From Candidatus Poribacteria bacterium (GTDB lineage Bacteria; Poribacteria; WGA-4E; JAJDTR01): 64,000 nucleotides of DNA. The first letter of the stretch is position 1. Every line of letters begins with the position of its first letter. Shown here piece by piece: positions 32,498-40,894 of the stretch. The stretch spans positions 3,296,001 to 3,360,000 of the forward strand of contig CBDCTK010000002.1 of the NCBI GenBank assembly GCA_965222225.1. The letters run 5' to 3'. A program made the position numbers and the translations under genes. The notes under the pieces were generated by a model that saw nothing but the letters and a program-made list of their open reading frames with translations, did no database searches and was not told where the DNA came from.

Positions 32498-32553
32498 AGA
32501 ATTTTTCCGGTTCTTCGTTGGCTCGTGTCAGATGAAGGTGCAAAGGGAACTTG

Positions 32554-32588
32554 AGAAACCGAGTTTTGAAGAAAAAACTCGGTTTCTT
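32554..32588. repeat. AGAAACCGAGTTTT...AAAACTCGGTTTCT palindrome
   Basis: Hairpin between uppS and the holin-like gene; degenerate copy at about 34718-34751. Confidence 0.6.
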
Positions 32589-32617
32589 GCACGGTTTCTT
32601 AACATGAGCGTTTTCGT

Positions 32618-33421
32618 TTATTTTCCAAACCGCCGCTGGCGTTTGCTGTAATCGCGGATGGCACGGAGAAAGTCGATTTTTCTGAACGAAGGCCAAAAAG
32701 TATCGCAAAAATAGAATTCCGAATACGCGCTCTGCCATAGGAGAAAACCTCCGAGTCGTACCTCGCCGCTGGTACGGATGATCAGATCCGGGTCCGGCAG
32801 ATTGGAGGTATAGAGGTGCGGCGTAATCCGATCAACGCTCAATTCGTCAGCGACCTGCGCCAGATCCTTGCCTGCAGTCAGCTCCGCGTTCAAATGCTCT
32901 CGACATGCCTCAATAATCTCCTCCCGTCCGCCATAGGCAACAGCCACATTCAGTATGAATTTGTCGTAATCCTTAGTGGCTTCCTCCGCGGCGCGGATAG
33001 CTTCTTGAAGACTCTTTGGCAGAAGTTCAATCTCGCCCATTGCGCGGACTTTAATCTGGTTGGTGTGTAACCCCTTGATAGTGACCAAATCTCGCATCTT
33101 TTTCTCAATTAGGTTCAAGATGCTGGTTACTTCAGACTTTTCTCGTTTGAAGTTATCCAGCGAAAAGATCCAGATGGAGAAAATCTTGACTCCCATTTCG
33201 TCGCACCAGTGGAGCACGTCTTCAAGTTTGTCCGCTCCGTCATAGTGGCCTCGAATTAAATCCGCGAAGCCGTTCTTCACGGCATAGCGACGGTTTCCAT
33301 CAAGGACAACTCCAATGTGGTACGGGATTTTCCAATGACTTGCTTCCCTTTCCAACCGCCGCTGATACATGTTGTAGAATACTTTTTTTACGCTTCCTTT
33401 AATGAAAGTCCACGGATTCAT
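32618..33421 (-). CDS. uppS: Isoprenyl (undecaprenyl diphosphate-type) transferase
   Basis: VLDGNRRYA, FSLDNFKR, YGGREEI, DPDLIIRTSGEVRLGGFLLWQSAYSE. Confidence 0.92.
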   Translation of the reverse strand: MNPWTFIKGSVKKVFYNMYQRRLEREASHWKIPYHIGVVLDGNRRYAVKNGFADLIRGHYDGADKLEDVLHWCDEMGVKIFSIWIFSLDNFKREKSEVTSILNLIEKKMRDLVTIKGLHTNQIKVRAMGEIELLPKSLQEAIRAAEEATKDYDKFILNVAVAYGGREEIIEACREHLNAELTAGKDLAQVADELSVDRITPHLYTSNLPDPDLIIRTSGEVRLGGFLLWQSAYSEFYFCDTFWPSFRKIDFLRAIRDYSKRQRRFGK

Positions 33422-33555
33422 AACGAAACCTCTTCACGTTTTCCCGTATCAACGGGATAACACCATAATCTAGAATGAATGCATTTGGGCGATTAAATCA
33501 TTTACAAACGTGCCTTTTATCCGTTCGTCATCATAATCACCGCACTACATTTAGT

Positions 33556-34599
33556 TAGGAGTTACGCAGTTGGCTGAAGCGTATAAAGAGGTTGTGCCAA
33601 ATAAGCCCGTACCGCATCTCTGACAATAGAGAGTTTTGCATCAAACCAACTGATACCGGTATGATAGCAATAGTGCTCAATTCTCAGAAAGGCTCTCAGC
33701 GCTAAACCGATATGATTTCTTTGAGTGCGAGCAGAGCGCACTTGTGCGCGTTCAATGCCAACAAATTGCTTAATCCCGCGATGATATTCTTCTATTGTCC
33801 AAGACCATTCGGCATATTTGAGACGCGTCAATTCGTCCATCTGTAAATCATTCGTTGCCCAATATTCAATGTCACCTTCTGGAGTGTCAACCTTAAATAC
33901 TCGAATCAATCCATAGCCTTTGAGATGGACAATTGTACCTGTTGATTCACTCGGAAGCGTACTCACCGGACGGTTACCGGAATAATCTTTACTGACAAGT
34001 CGGTTGGCAGCTAGACGAGTAAGCCACTTCCAACCATGACCTCGCACCGCTTTTAGATTCTTTAGACTGGCATACCAACTATCAAAACACACACATTCAG
34101 GAGCAAAACCGCGTGTTTTCGCTTCTTCAAGCATGGCGCGGAAATGCTCATTCTTCGTCAAGCCGTCTTTGGCTTTATCATAGATTCGATAATCACACGG
34201 AATATGTCTATCGCCATCCGTCCGGAGCAAAGTGACCAAGTTAATCCCATTCACAACTCGGTGGTGTTTCCCTGACCAGTGTTTTGTCACGAGTTCAATC
34301 TTTTGTGAATAAGGTTTATCCAGAGTCGAGTCATCTATAACTAAAATTCCGGATTCTAATTTCACCTGATTTCTCGATTCTTGCCACAGTTTGCCAGTAT
34401 CGGGTTCCTCTCGATGCAAGAGCCGTGTTATCGAATCGTGAGCCGGAGGATTATCAGCTTGGGGTTGAACTTTTTCCGATTCAAGACAACTGTAACTTTT
34501 CTGAGCGGCTACCAAGAAATCAATATAGTCAGTGTCAGTATATTTAGGGGGATTCATACTCAAATTATAACCTATTTTCACTCAACTGCGTAACTCCTA
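33556..34599 (-). mobile_element. IS701-family insertion sequence, copy 1 (1044 bp)
   Basis: Perfect 17-bp IRs TAGGAGTTACGCAGTTG / CAACTGCGTAACTCCTA, 5-bp target duplication TTAGT. Confidence 0.93.
33562..34581 (-). CDS. IS701-family DDE transposase
   Basis: VIDDSTLDKP, FDSWY, WTIEEYHRGIKQ. Confidence 0.9.
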   Translation of the reverse strand: MKIGYNLSMNPPKYTDTDYIDFLVAAQKSYSCLESEKVQPQADNPPAHDSITRLLHREEPDTGKLWQESRNQVKLESGILVIDDSTLDKPYSQKIELVTKHWSGKHHRVVNGINLVTLLRTDGDRHIPCDYRIYDKAKDGLTKNEHFRAMLEEAKTRGFAPECVCFDSWYASLKNLKAVRGHGWKWLTRLAANRLVSKDYSGNRPVSTLPSESTGTIVHLKGYGLIRVFKVDTPEGDIEYWATNDLQMDELTRLKYAEWSWTIEEYHRGIKQFVGIERAQVRSARTQRNHIGLALRAFLRIEHYCYHTGISWFDAKLSIVRDAVRAYLAQPLYTLQPTA

Positions 34600-35013
34600 T
34601 TAGTATTATAACATTGAGAAGTCCCTTGGGAAAAGCAAAACATTGCCCAGCCCCAACACAGCCACTCCCGATTTTGGAACTGTGGCGGTCTTCGATTACA
34701 AAATCGCCGATTCCCTTGAAACTAAGTTTTTTCTTGAAAACTCAGTTTCTTTGAACGTGCAGCATTCCGGTAGGAGCAATCGCAAAGCGCGATTCTCGTC
34801 GGCTTTTAGCTTTATTTTCTCTTTTGCCCAAATCAATTGAGGTAACAAACTCTCAGGGCAATCTTATCATTTAGGGGACGGCCCTGTGCCGTCCTATGAT
34901 TTTAGCACCCTCCCCTAGCTGTCCCGAAGGCTGGTGGGATTTCTATCGCAGTCATTATTCATTCCTTTGATCGCACCCTACAACGGCTTGATTGTGCCTT
35001 ACAACAACTGAAT

Positions 35014-36813
35014 TTACACTCTCACGACGGGGTTGCGGTGGAATTTGCGGGCGGCGGACAGGTTTACCCGCTGCTGTGCGGTGGTCGTGATGCGAGCGCG
35101 GCAGGCGCCTTGGACGGCGTCGGGGGCGTCGTTGTGATCCGCTGTCGGGAACTGGCGGAACTGCTTCCAGAACTCGCCGGGTAAGTCGCGCTCATTGAAC
35201 GCTAACCATCCGTTAGCTATAGCAGGCTCGAGCGTGGCGATCCGGTCTTCTTTGTTCTGGTGCTGCTCATGATATATAATCGCGCGGTCATACCGATGCC
35301 GCTCTTTCATCGTACGGAACGCGGCGTCGGTTGACATCTTGATGGTGCCGTCTTTGTCAGGCCGCTGTTCGCAAACGAAGTTGGATTTCGGGTACGCTGG
35401 CGCCAACATCGCCTCGGCTCGCTGTGCCAGCAAAATAGCGTTCTCCATCTGCTCCGTCAACGCCACACGCTCCATCCAAGCGAGCATGACGTATCCGTTC
35501 ACGCCGGAAAGCGAATCGGGATTCATTGATTGACCCCCAAGAAGCGGTTCCCAGGCGATCACGACAGCGCAGGCGAAACTGTTGTCCGCCGCATCGCGTC
35601 CGCCCATGGTGTCAAGGTATGTCGTGAACCCGCCTATATCGTGCCACGGAACGACACGCTCATCATTCCGCCGAAAACCTTCATCGGTCACGGCGAATGT
35701 CATCGCGTTATCCATATCGAATAGTGACATCGACGGATCACGCGCGTCGTTCTGGAGCTCGCGCATGACAGAATGATAGCCGCGCTCGACGACTTCTTTC
35801 CGCACGGTGAGATAAGGCAATTCCGATTTCCAGAGCATCTGGACGCCGGAGCTCATTTCTTTCTCATGGAGCTGGTAGAATCCGTTAGCGTTCTGCTCGC
35901 GTTCGGAATCGTCTAGCGTGGTGTCGCTATAGAAGCGCTCCCACTGTTTCCAGAAGCGCTCGGCAGTGGGGTGATAGATGTCTTTGGGATATGTGACGGC
36001 TTCGAAGCGCAACGTCTCCCAACCAGGGACAGTGCGGAGGTGCTCGGAGAGCGATTCGGGGTGTTTGACAGTATCAACTATCATCGTGTTGGAGTGTTTG
36101 CTCCCCAAGTCACCGGCGTACATAAGATCCGTCATGAACCAATCCCTATCTTCCTCACGCAAATCCGGATTCAGACATCGCTTCGGATCTTCGATATCGT
36201 CGCACAGTTTCAACGTCGGCCGGACATCGCCGATGAGCGCGCCGCGGGGGGAGGAGCCGCGTCCGAGGGGTCTCAACCCCACGCCGTTACTGGTGTCGGT
36301 CTCGGTCTTTGACCACGGATCGCCGACCAAGTCGCCAAAATCTTGGCGGATGAGGGGGTTGCGTTCAAGCACCTGGCGGATCTCGGTTATGCGTTGGCGC
36401 GCCATGCGTTCGTTGCGACCGACAATGAGGATAAACTCCTCCGGCTGCCTATCCATGGCGATATCGAAGTCCTTGTAGCAAATGCGCCAGATAGGGATAA
36501 GCCGGTTGACAAGGGTGGTCTTGCCGGTGCCGCGCGGTGCTTGGACATTTATCTGTTTCCCATAATCACCGGGCTTTATCGTGTTCAGTATTTCAATATG
36601 GAAATCCATTATTTGGTCTATGCGATAGCTGATACCCGCGATGTAGAACCAGATGAATAGCTCGGGGAAGACATAACCGGCGTGGGCTGTGAGAAGGCGA
36701 TAACCCTCCTCATCCTTCCGATTTTTTGTTTCCTCGATCCAATCTTCTGTGGCGTCGAAGCCTATCAATTGCAGCTCGCTGATTAGAGGGACTGATGGAA
36801 CGATGGTGTTCAT
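35014..36813 (-). CDS. Phage terminase large subunit-like protein (orphan)
   Basis: Walker A APRGTGKTT, RG..RP...CDDIED Walker B, RNase H-like nuclease YLDT...KEDRI...DHNDAPDAV. Confidence 0.82.
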   Translation of the reverse strand: MNTIVPSVPLISELQLIGFDATEDWIEETKNRKDEEGYRLLTAHAGYVFPELFIWFYIAGISYRIDQIMDFHIEILNTIKPGDYGKQINVQAPRGTGKTTLVNRLIPIWRICYKDFDIAMDRQPEEFILIVGRNERMARQRITEIRQVLERNPLIRQDFGDLVGDPWSKTETDTSNGVGLRPLGRGSSPRGALIGDVRPTLKLCDDIEDPKRCLNPDLREEDRDWFMTDLMYAGDLGSKHSNTMIVDTVKHPESLSEHLRTVPGWETLRFEAVTYPKDIYHPTAERFWKQWERFYSDTTLDDSEREQNANGFYQLHEKEMSSGVQMLWKSELPYLTVRKEVVERGYHSVMRELQNDARDPSMSLFDMDNAMTFAVTDEGFRRNDERVVPWHDIGGFTTYLDTMGGRDAADNSFACAVVIAWEPLLGGQSMNPDSLSGVNGYVMLAWMERVALTEQMENAILLAQRAEAMLAPAYPKSNFVCEQRPDKDGTIKMSTDAAFRTMKERHRYDRAIIYHEQHQNKEDRIATLEPAIANGWLAFNERDLPGEFWKQFRQFPTADHNDAPDAVQGACRARITTTAQQRVNLSAARKFHRNPVVRV

Positions 36814-37243
36814 CTGTTAGTTTCGCCGCTTCGTGGTGCGCTACGTCCTTGACCGGATAGATAGAGCGAGACACGGCAAGCAGGTCGTGGGCGTTGTCAA
36901 TGGAGATGTCGCGTGCACCACGGCGAACTTTTTCGACAAGCTCCAGGATTGCCGTGGAAGCCTTGCCAGCCGTGGCTTGAAGCAATGCGCGACGTTCTTC
37001 GTTAAAGTTCGCTAAAGTTCGTGCGTATATATCACGCCATTTTTTTGAAAAGCGCGTGGACCCCGGGTTAGAAAGTAATGATGCATCAGTAAATTTCTTG
37101 CGGTCAATGTGTTTCCACTTCGGATATTTTTCTATCCATGAATTGACAATCTGCGAGGTCGTCCAGCCATCGTATACACGCCGCCGGATGCCTTCAGCGT
37201 GATCTTCGTCAAATATTTTGAATTTGTCGCTTGTTGTTGCCAT
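36710..37243 (-). CDS. Hypothetical helical protein, putative terminase small subunit
   Basis: Immediately upstream of terL, HTH-like N-terminus. The 104-bp overlap with terL suggests a lost stop or a deletion. Confidence 0.45.
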   Translation of the reverse strand: MATTSDKFKIFDEDHAEGIRRRVYDGWTTSQIVNSWIEKYPKWKHIDRKKFTDASLLSNPGSTRFSKKWRDIYARTLANFNEERRALLQATAGKASTAILELVEKVRRGARDISIDNAHDLLAVSRSIYPVKDVAHHEAAKLTDEHHRSISPSNQRAAIDRLRRHRRLDRGNKKSEG

Positions 37244-37659
37244 GTTAATTGCGCAAAGATTTAAGTGGTTTATTTTCTAAGAGTCTATGGTAAGTGCTGG
37301 GGAACGGTTTGTAACATTGTCTGAACTGTGATTCATGGGATCTGTATCGAACTCACTCATCAGTCGTTTGATCTCATTTGATCCTCATTCAGTCGTGTGA
37401 TTGTTCGTTATTCACTGACTTGATTCCTCCGGCAAATCAAAAGGCTGGTAGGATTTCTATCGCGCTCATTATTCATTCGCTTGATCGCAGTGCGCACCCT
37501 ACAGGGATTTCTATCGCGCGTGCTATAGGATTTACTATGGGAGTTCTATCGGGATTTACTATCGCACAGGATTTGCTATCGCGCTCCCTGTTCAGTCGCT
37601 TGATCGTTATTCACTCGTTTGATTCGTCCTACAGTGGTTGTTTGGCGGACAGATGGAAC

Positions 37660-37923
37660 AAAAAAAGCCCGTCAGCGGTGTCAGTAAAAAGCAGTGGTTA
37701 GTGACCAGCCGCCAGTGACCAGTAAAAGCCAAGATATTCTCTTGGTGTTACTGACCACTAACCACTGACCACAAGCCACCGGGTTTCACAGACTTCCACT
37801 AGCGGGCTTGCCTCAGTTGCGATTTTAGTGCAACGCGGTTTGCGTTGTTTTAGGTACGGCGGCCCGCGCGCGCCTTGTCATATAGATGGCTGCGGAGCGG
37901 ACCAATGCCGCGAGGTGCAACAA
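37660..37923 (-). ncRNA. Putative structured non-coding/leader RNA ending in a long hairpin plus U-tract
   Basis: Downstream of a consensus promoter; arms 37665-37689 and 37784-37809 pair, with an internal heptamer hairpin (37692-37767); 7-nt T-tract at 37660-37666 on the minus strand. Confidence 0.4.
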
Positions 37924-37929
37924 TGGGGA

Positions 37930-37958
37930 ATTATATCATGTTAGGGCCGATATGTCAA
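37930..37958 (-). promoter_or_regulatory. Consensus sigma70 promoter
   Basis: TTGACA-17 nt-TATAAT on the minus strand. Confidence 0.75.
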
Positions 37959-38376
37959 GTGTTAATATGTTTTTAACATTGGGGAAGGCAGTGAGGAGTG
38001 GAGAAGGACAGAAAACGGGGAAACGAGAAGGGGGGAAGTTGGGGGAGGTGAGGGGATTGTCTATCGCAGTCGCTATTCGCTCCTTTGATCGTTTGATCTT
38101 ATTCGGTCACTTGATCTTTGTTCAGTCGCCTGAGTGTTATTCATCTCCGAGACGAGATAGACTGTACCTTTGGATTTTCGAGCATGCTCGACCACATCGT
38201 TGGCGCAGCCCCAATATGCAACTAAAACGGCATTGCGCGTGCAGACCCAAGACTTGGCCCTTGTTGTAGCACGACATCAAACGTCCAAGCCTAGCTTACT
38301 TCCGGGTGGTTGAGATATCAGGTTTTTTGTCACGCTCCAGCTTAATAACTCTGTGTTCGTTGAATTGAAAATAGGG

Positions 38377-38418
38377 TTGATTTTCGTCCTATTATGTCTT
38401 ATAATTCTTGTTATAAGA
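38377..38418 (+). promoter_or_regulatory. Promoter with overlapping palindromic operator
   Basis: TTGATT-17-TATAAT (38377-38405); inverted repeat TCTTATAA-6-TTATAAGA (38397-38418) covers the -10 box. Confidence 0.6.
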
Positions 38419-38488
38419 TGTACGACCTCCCGGCGAGGTTTACTTTTTTAACTAGCAAATTCAAAAAAAAACGAGGAGTGCTTCACTT

Positions 38489-39481
38489 ATGGCAAACAGG
38501 ACAAAGAAGAGCATGGAACTGAGAAACGATCAGATTATCTTTCGATTCCCGGAGGTATACGGATATGCCGAGTTAGCGATTGAGTTCCAGCGGACGCTGC
38601 GGATTCCGGATGATAACCGGCACTATTATTTGCCGCCGGGGCTGGGGAAATTTCCGCTGAGTCGTGTAGACGACTACCCGGATAACTTACCGAAAACGTG
38701 GAGCAAACATGGCGGGGTGTTCACGCCAATGTATCAAGCAGAGGCGATGTGGATCTGTTTCCACGGCGACTATCCGATGGCGGTGAAGATAGCGGCGGGC
38801 AAGGTCAATACGGTTACCGGGGAGGCATGGGAGGAGGAGCTCAGCGGGGAGCCGCAGGATTACTTGGTGGTGCCGGGTCAACCGTGGTTGGACGGGTTCT
38901 GCGTGGAGAAGGGTTTGATTCGGCAGTTTGTGGCGATGCCGCTGGGAGAGGGCTACACGGCGGAGGAACAGCTTACAGGCGAGGCGGAGCACGGCGGGCT
39001 TCAGATTGCTGTTTATCCGATGAAGCGGTCGATATACGACGAACTGCCACTTGATAAGAACCTGAGCAGAGCAGAATACTATGTACTTCGCGAGGAACCT
39101 CAGATGGGGTTGGCGCCGGGCGGTCTTATGCGGCAAGAGATTTTTGAGGACGAACACGGCATCGATGCATGGGACACTTCGAGCGGCTCGCGTTGTTTCG
39201 TTCATATCGTGAATAGCGTGGAGCTCCTCAAAGTGACGGGTTGCGAGCCGCTAGGGAAGCCGCCGACGGCTCAGGATTACACAAACGCGAAACTGCCTTG
39301 GTACGATTACTACGGGGGCGATTTGAAGGCGGTGCAAGGGGCTAAGAAGCTAGCGGAACTGGACAGCGTTGCGGCTGTTAAACTAAAGAAGGGGGAGGGT
39401 TTTCTGCCGGACAACGATCCGGTGACGCCGGCAGTGGTGAAGAGATTGAGCCGATCGGTGGTCAGGGAGGGTGTATTCTAA
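38489..39481 (+). CDS. Conserved uncharacterised protein (FQRTLRIPDD / PPGLG.FPL / QPWLDG / IRQFVAMPLG motifs)
   Basis: 330 aa, GAGGAG RBS, motif-dense sequence; no function can be assigned. Confidence 0.8.
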   Translation: MANRTKKSMELRNDQIIFRFPEVYGYAELAIEFQRTLRIPDDNRHYYLPPGLGKFPLSRVDDYPDNLPKTWSKHGGVFTPMYQAEAMWICFHGDYPMAVKIAAGKVNTVTGEAWEEELSGEPQDYLVVPGQPWLDGFCVEKGLIRQFVAMPLGEGYTAEEQLTGEAEHGGLQIAVYPMKRSIYDELPLDKNLSRAEYYVLREEPQMGLAPGGLMRQEIFEDEHGIDAWDTSSGSRCFVHIVNSVELLKVTGCEPLGKPPTAQDYTNAKLPWYDYYGGDLKAVQGAKKLAELDSVAAVKLKKGEGFLPDNDPVTPAVVKRLSRSVVREGVF

Positions 39482-39621
39482 GGTAGGTCGAGATTCCTCG
39501 ACACTGGCTGTAGGTAACGACGTTCGTGTTGCCATGTTCACTTGGCGTGCCAGCGATGCTGGAAGGCTTGGGCGGTCGATAAATATGGCAACCGTGGCGT
39601 AAATCTAACGAGGGTTTTATC

Positions 39622-40533
39622 ATGAAGCAGGGGAAGGAATTGGACAGGAGTTTGCGAATCGCCGCGGGTACGGGGGAGGAGATTCGGGCGGAGGTGTCGG
39701 ATAACACGCTCAAGGCGTATGAGCACGCGACCCGCAAGCTGGAAGCTTGGCTAGACGGACGTACCCTAACCGATGCGGTGTTGGCGGAATATATCAGGTT
39801 TCTGTATGCACAGGGGAAATCGCCGGCTACAATCAATCTAGTCGTTTCCGCGGTGAAGTGGATGGCTGAGTACCGTGCGGTTGGCAATGTGGTTGGGGAC
39901 ATGACCGCGCGCGCATTGTCGAGAATCCGCGGCGAAGGTAAAGAGCGCGGGCGCCGCCAGGTAGACGGACTTACGTGGCACGAAGTGGAGCGGGTGTGCG
40001 CGGCGGCGGAATCGTCAGATACCGCGGCGGGCACCCGTGATGCCGCCATGATTAGCCTGATGAGCGATTGCCTGCTGCGTATCTCGGAGGCGGTCGCTGT
40101 GGATGTCGAGGATGTTAAGGACGAAGGGCTTCAGGTGCACGGCAAAAACGCAGACGAGGAGCAGCGGGGCGAAGTCCTGTATATCTGCGAATCGACACGG
40201 CGGTTGATAGAGCGGTATCGAACGAGAGCAGGGATTGCGTCGGGGGCTCTGTTTCGGCGGATTCGCTTCCAGAATCATGTCACTGAAAATCGGCTGGGTG
40301 TGAAGGGGGCACGTGGAGCGATACAGCGGCGGGCGGCGGAAGCGGGAATAGAGGGATCTATCAGTGGACATTCACTTCGTATCGGTTCCGCTGTATCGCT
40401 TGCAGAGGCCGGGGCAAGTGTGAAGGAGGTGCAACGGGCGGGGCGTTGGCAGAACCCGACGATGCCGGCGCGGTATGTGAGGGAAGCGCCGACGGAACGG
40501 AGCCCTGTGGAGCGGTATAAGGATGGGAAGTGA
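39622..40533 (+). CDS. Tyrosine recombinase, Cre-like
   Basis: SAM-like N-domain (SPATI), catalytic R (LLRISE), HSLR, GRW, ARY. Confidence 0.88.
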   Translation: MKQGKELDRSLRIAAGTGEEIRAEVSDNTLKAYEHATRKLEAWLDGRTLTDAVLAEYIRFLYAQGKSPATINLVVSAVKWMAEYRAVGNVVGDMTARALSRIRGEGKERGRRQVDGLTWHEVERVCAAAESSDTAAGTRDAAMISLMSDCLLRISEAVAVDVEDVKDEGLQVHGKNADEEQRGEVLYICESTRRLIERYRTRAGIASGALFRRIRFQNHVTENRLGVKGARGAIQRRAAEAGIEGSISGHSLRIGSAVSLAEAGASVKEVQRAGRWQNPTMPARYVREAPTERSPVERYKDGK

Positions 40534-40894
40534 GAAGGCGAGAGCGGAATACGACGAATTTGACCAGTATCGAATCACGCCCTACTGGCGCGAGCGGGTT
40601 CGGGACAAGAAAAAGGATTTCTATCGTACGCGATTTGCTATGGGAGCTCTATCGCAGTCATTATCCATTCCCTTGATCGGTCGCTATCCGTTCCCTTGAT
40701 CCTTCGCTGTTTGGTCGGTTGATCCTACTGAATCGCGACCAGGAGGTCGCTCCTACAGGACCTACACTTGCCGTCCCGCCGGGGATTTCAAAGGCTGGTG
40801 CGCGGTGCGCACCCTACAGAGTCGCGATTCGGAGATCGCTCCTACAGAGGATAGGATTTCTATCGCGCTCCTTATTCAGTCGCTTGATCGCACC

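Noticed and set aside
32150-37243. Intact prophage (holin-like gene plus terminase)
   Set aside because: The YvlD-type gene is commonly chromosomal and is separated from the terminase by uppS; no portal, capsid, tail or lysin genes are present.
37337-37632. Clusters of ~37-bp repeats (also 54448-54627) as a CRISPR array
   Set aside because: The units are degenerate, there are no regular unique spacers and no cas genes are present.
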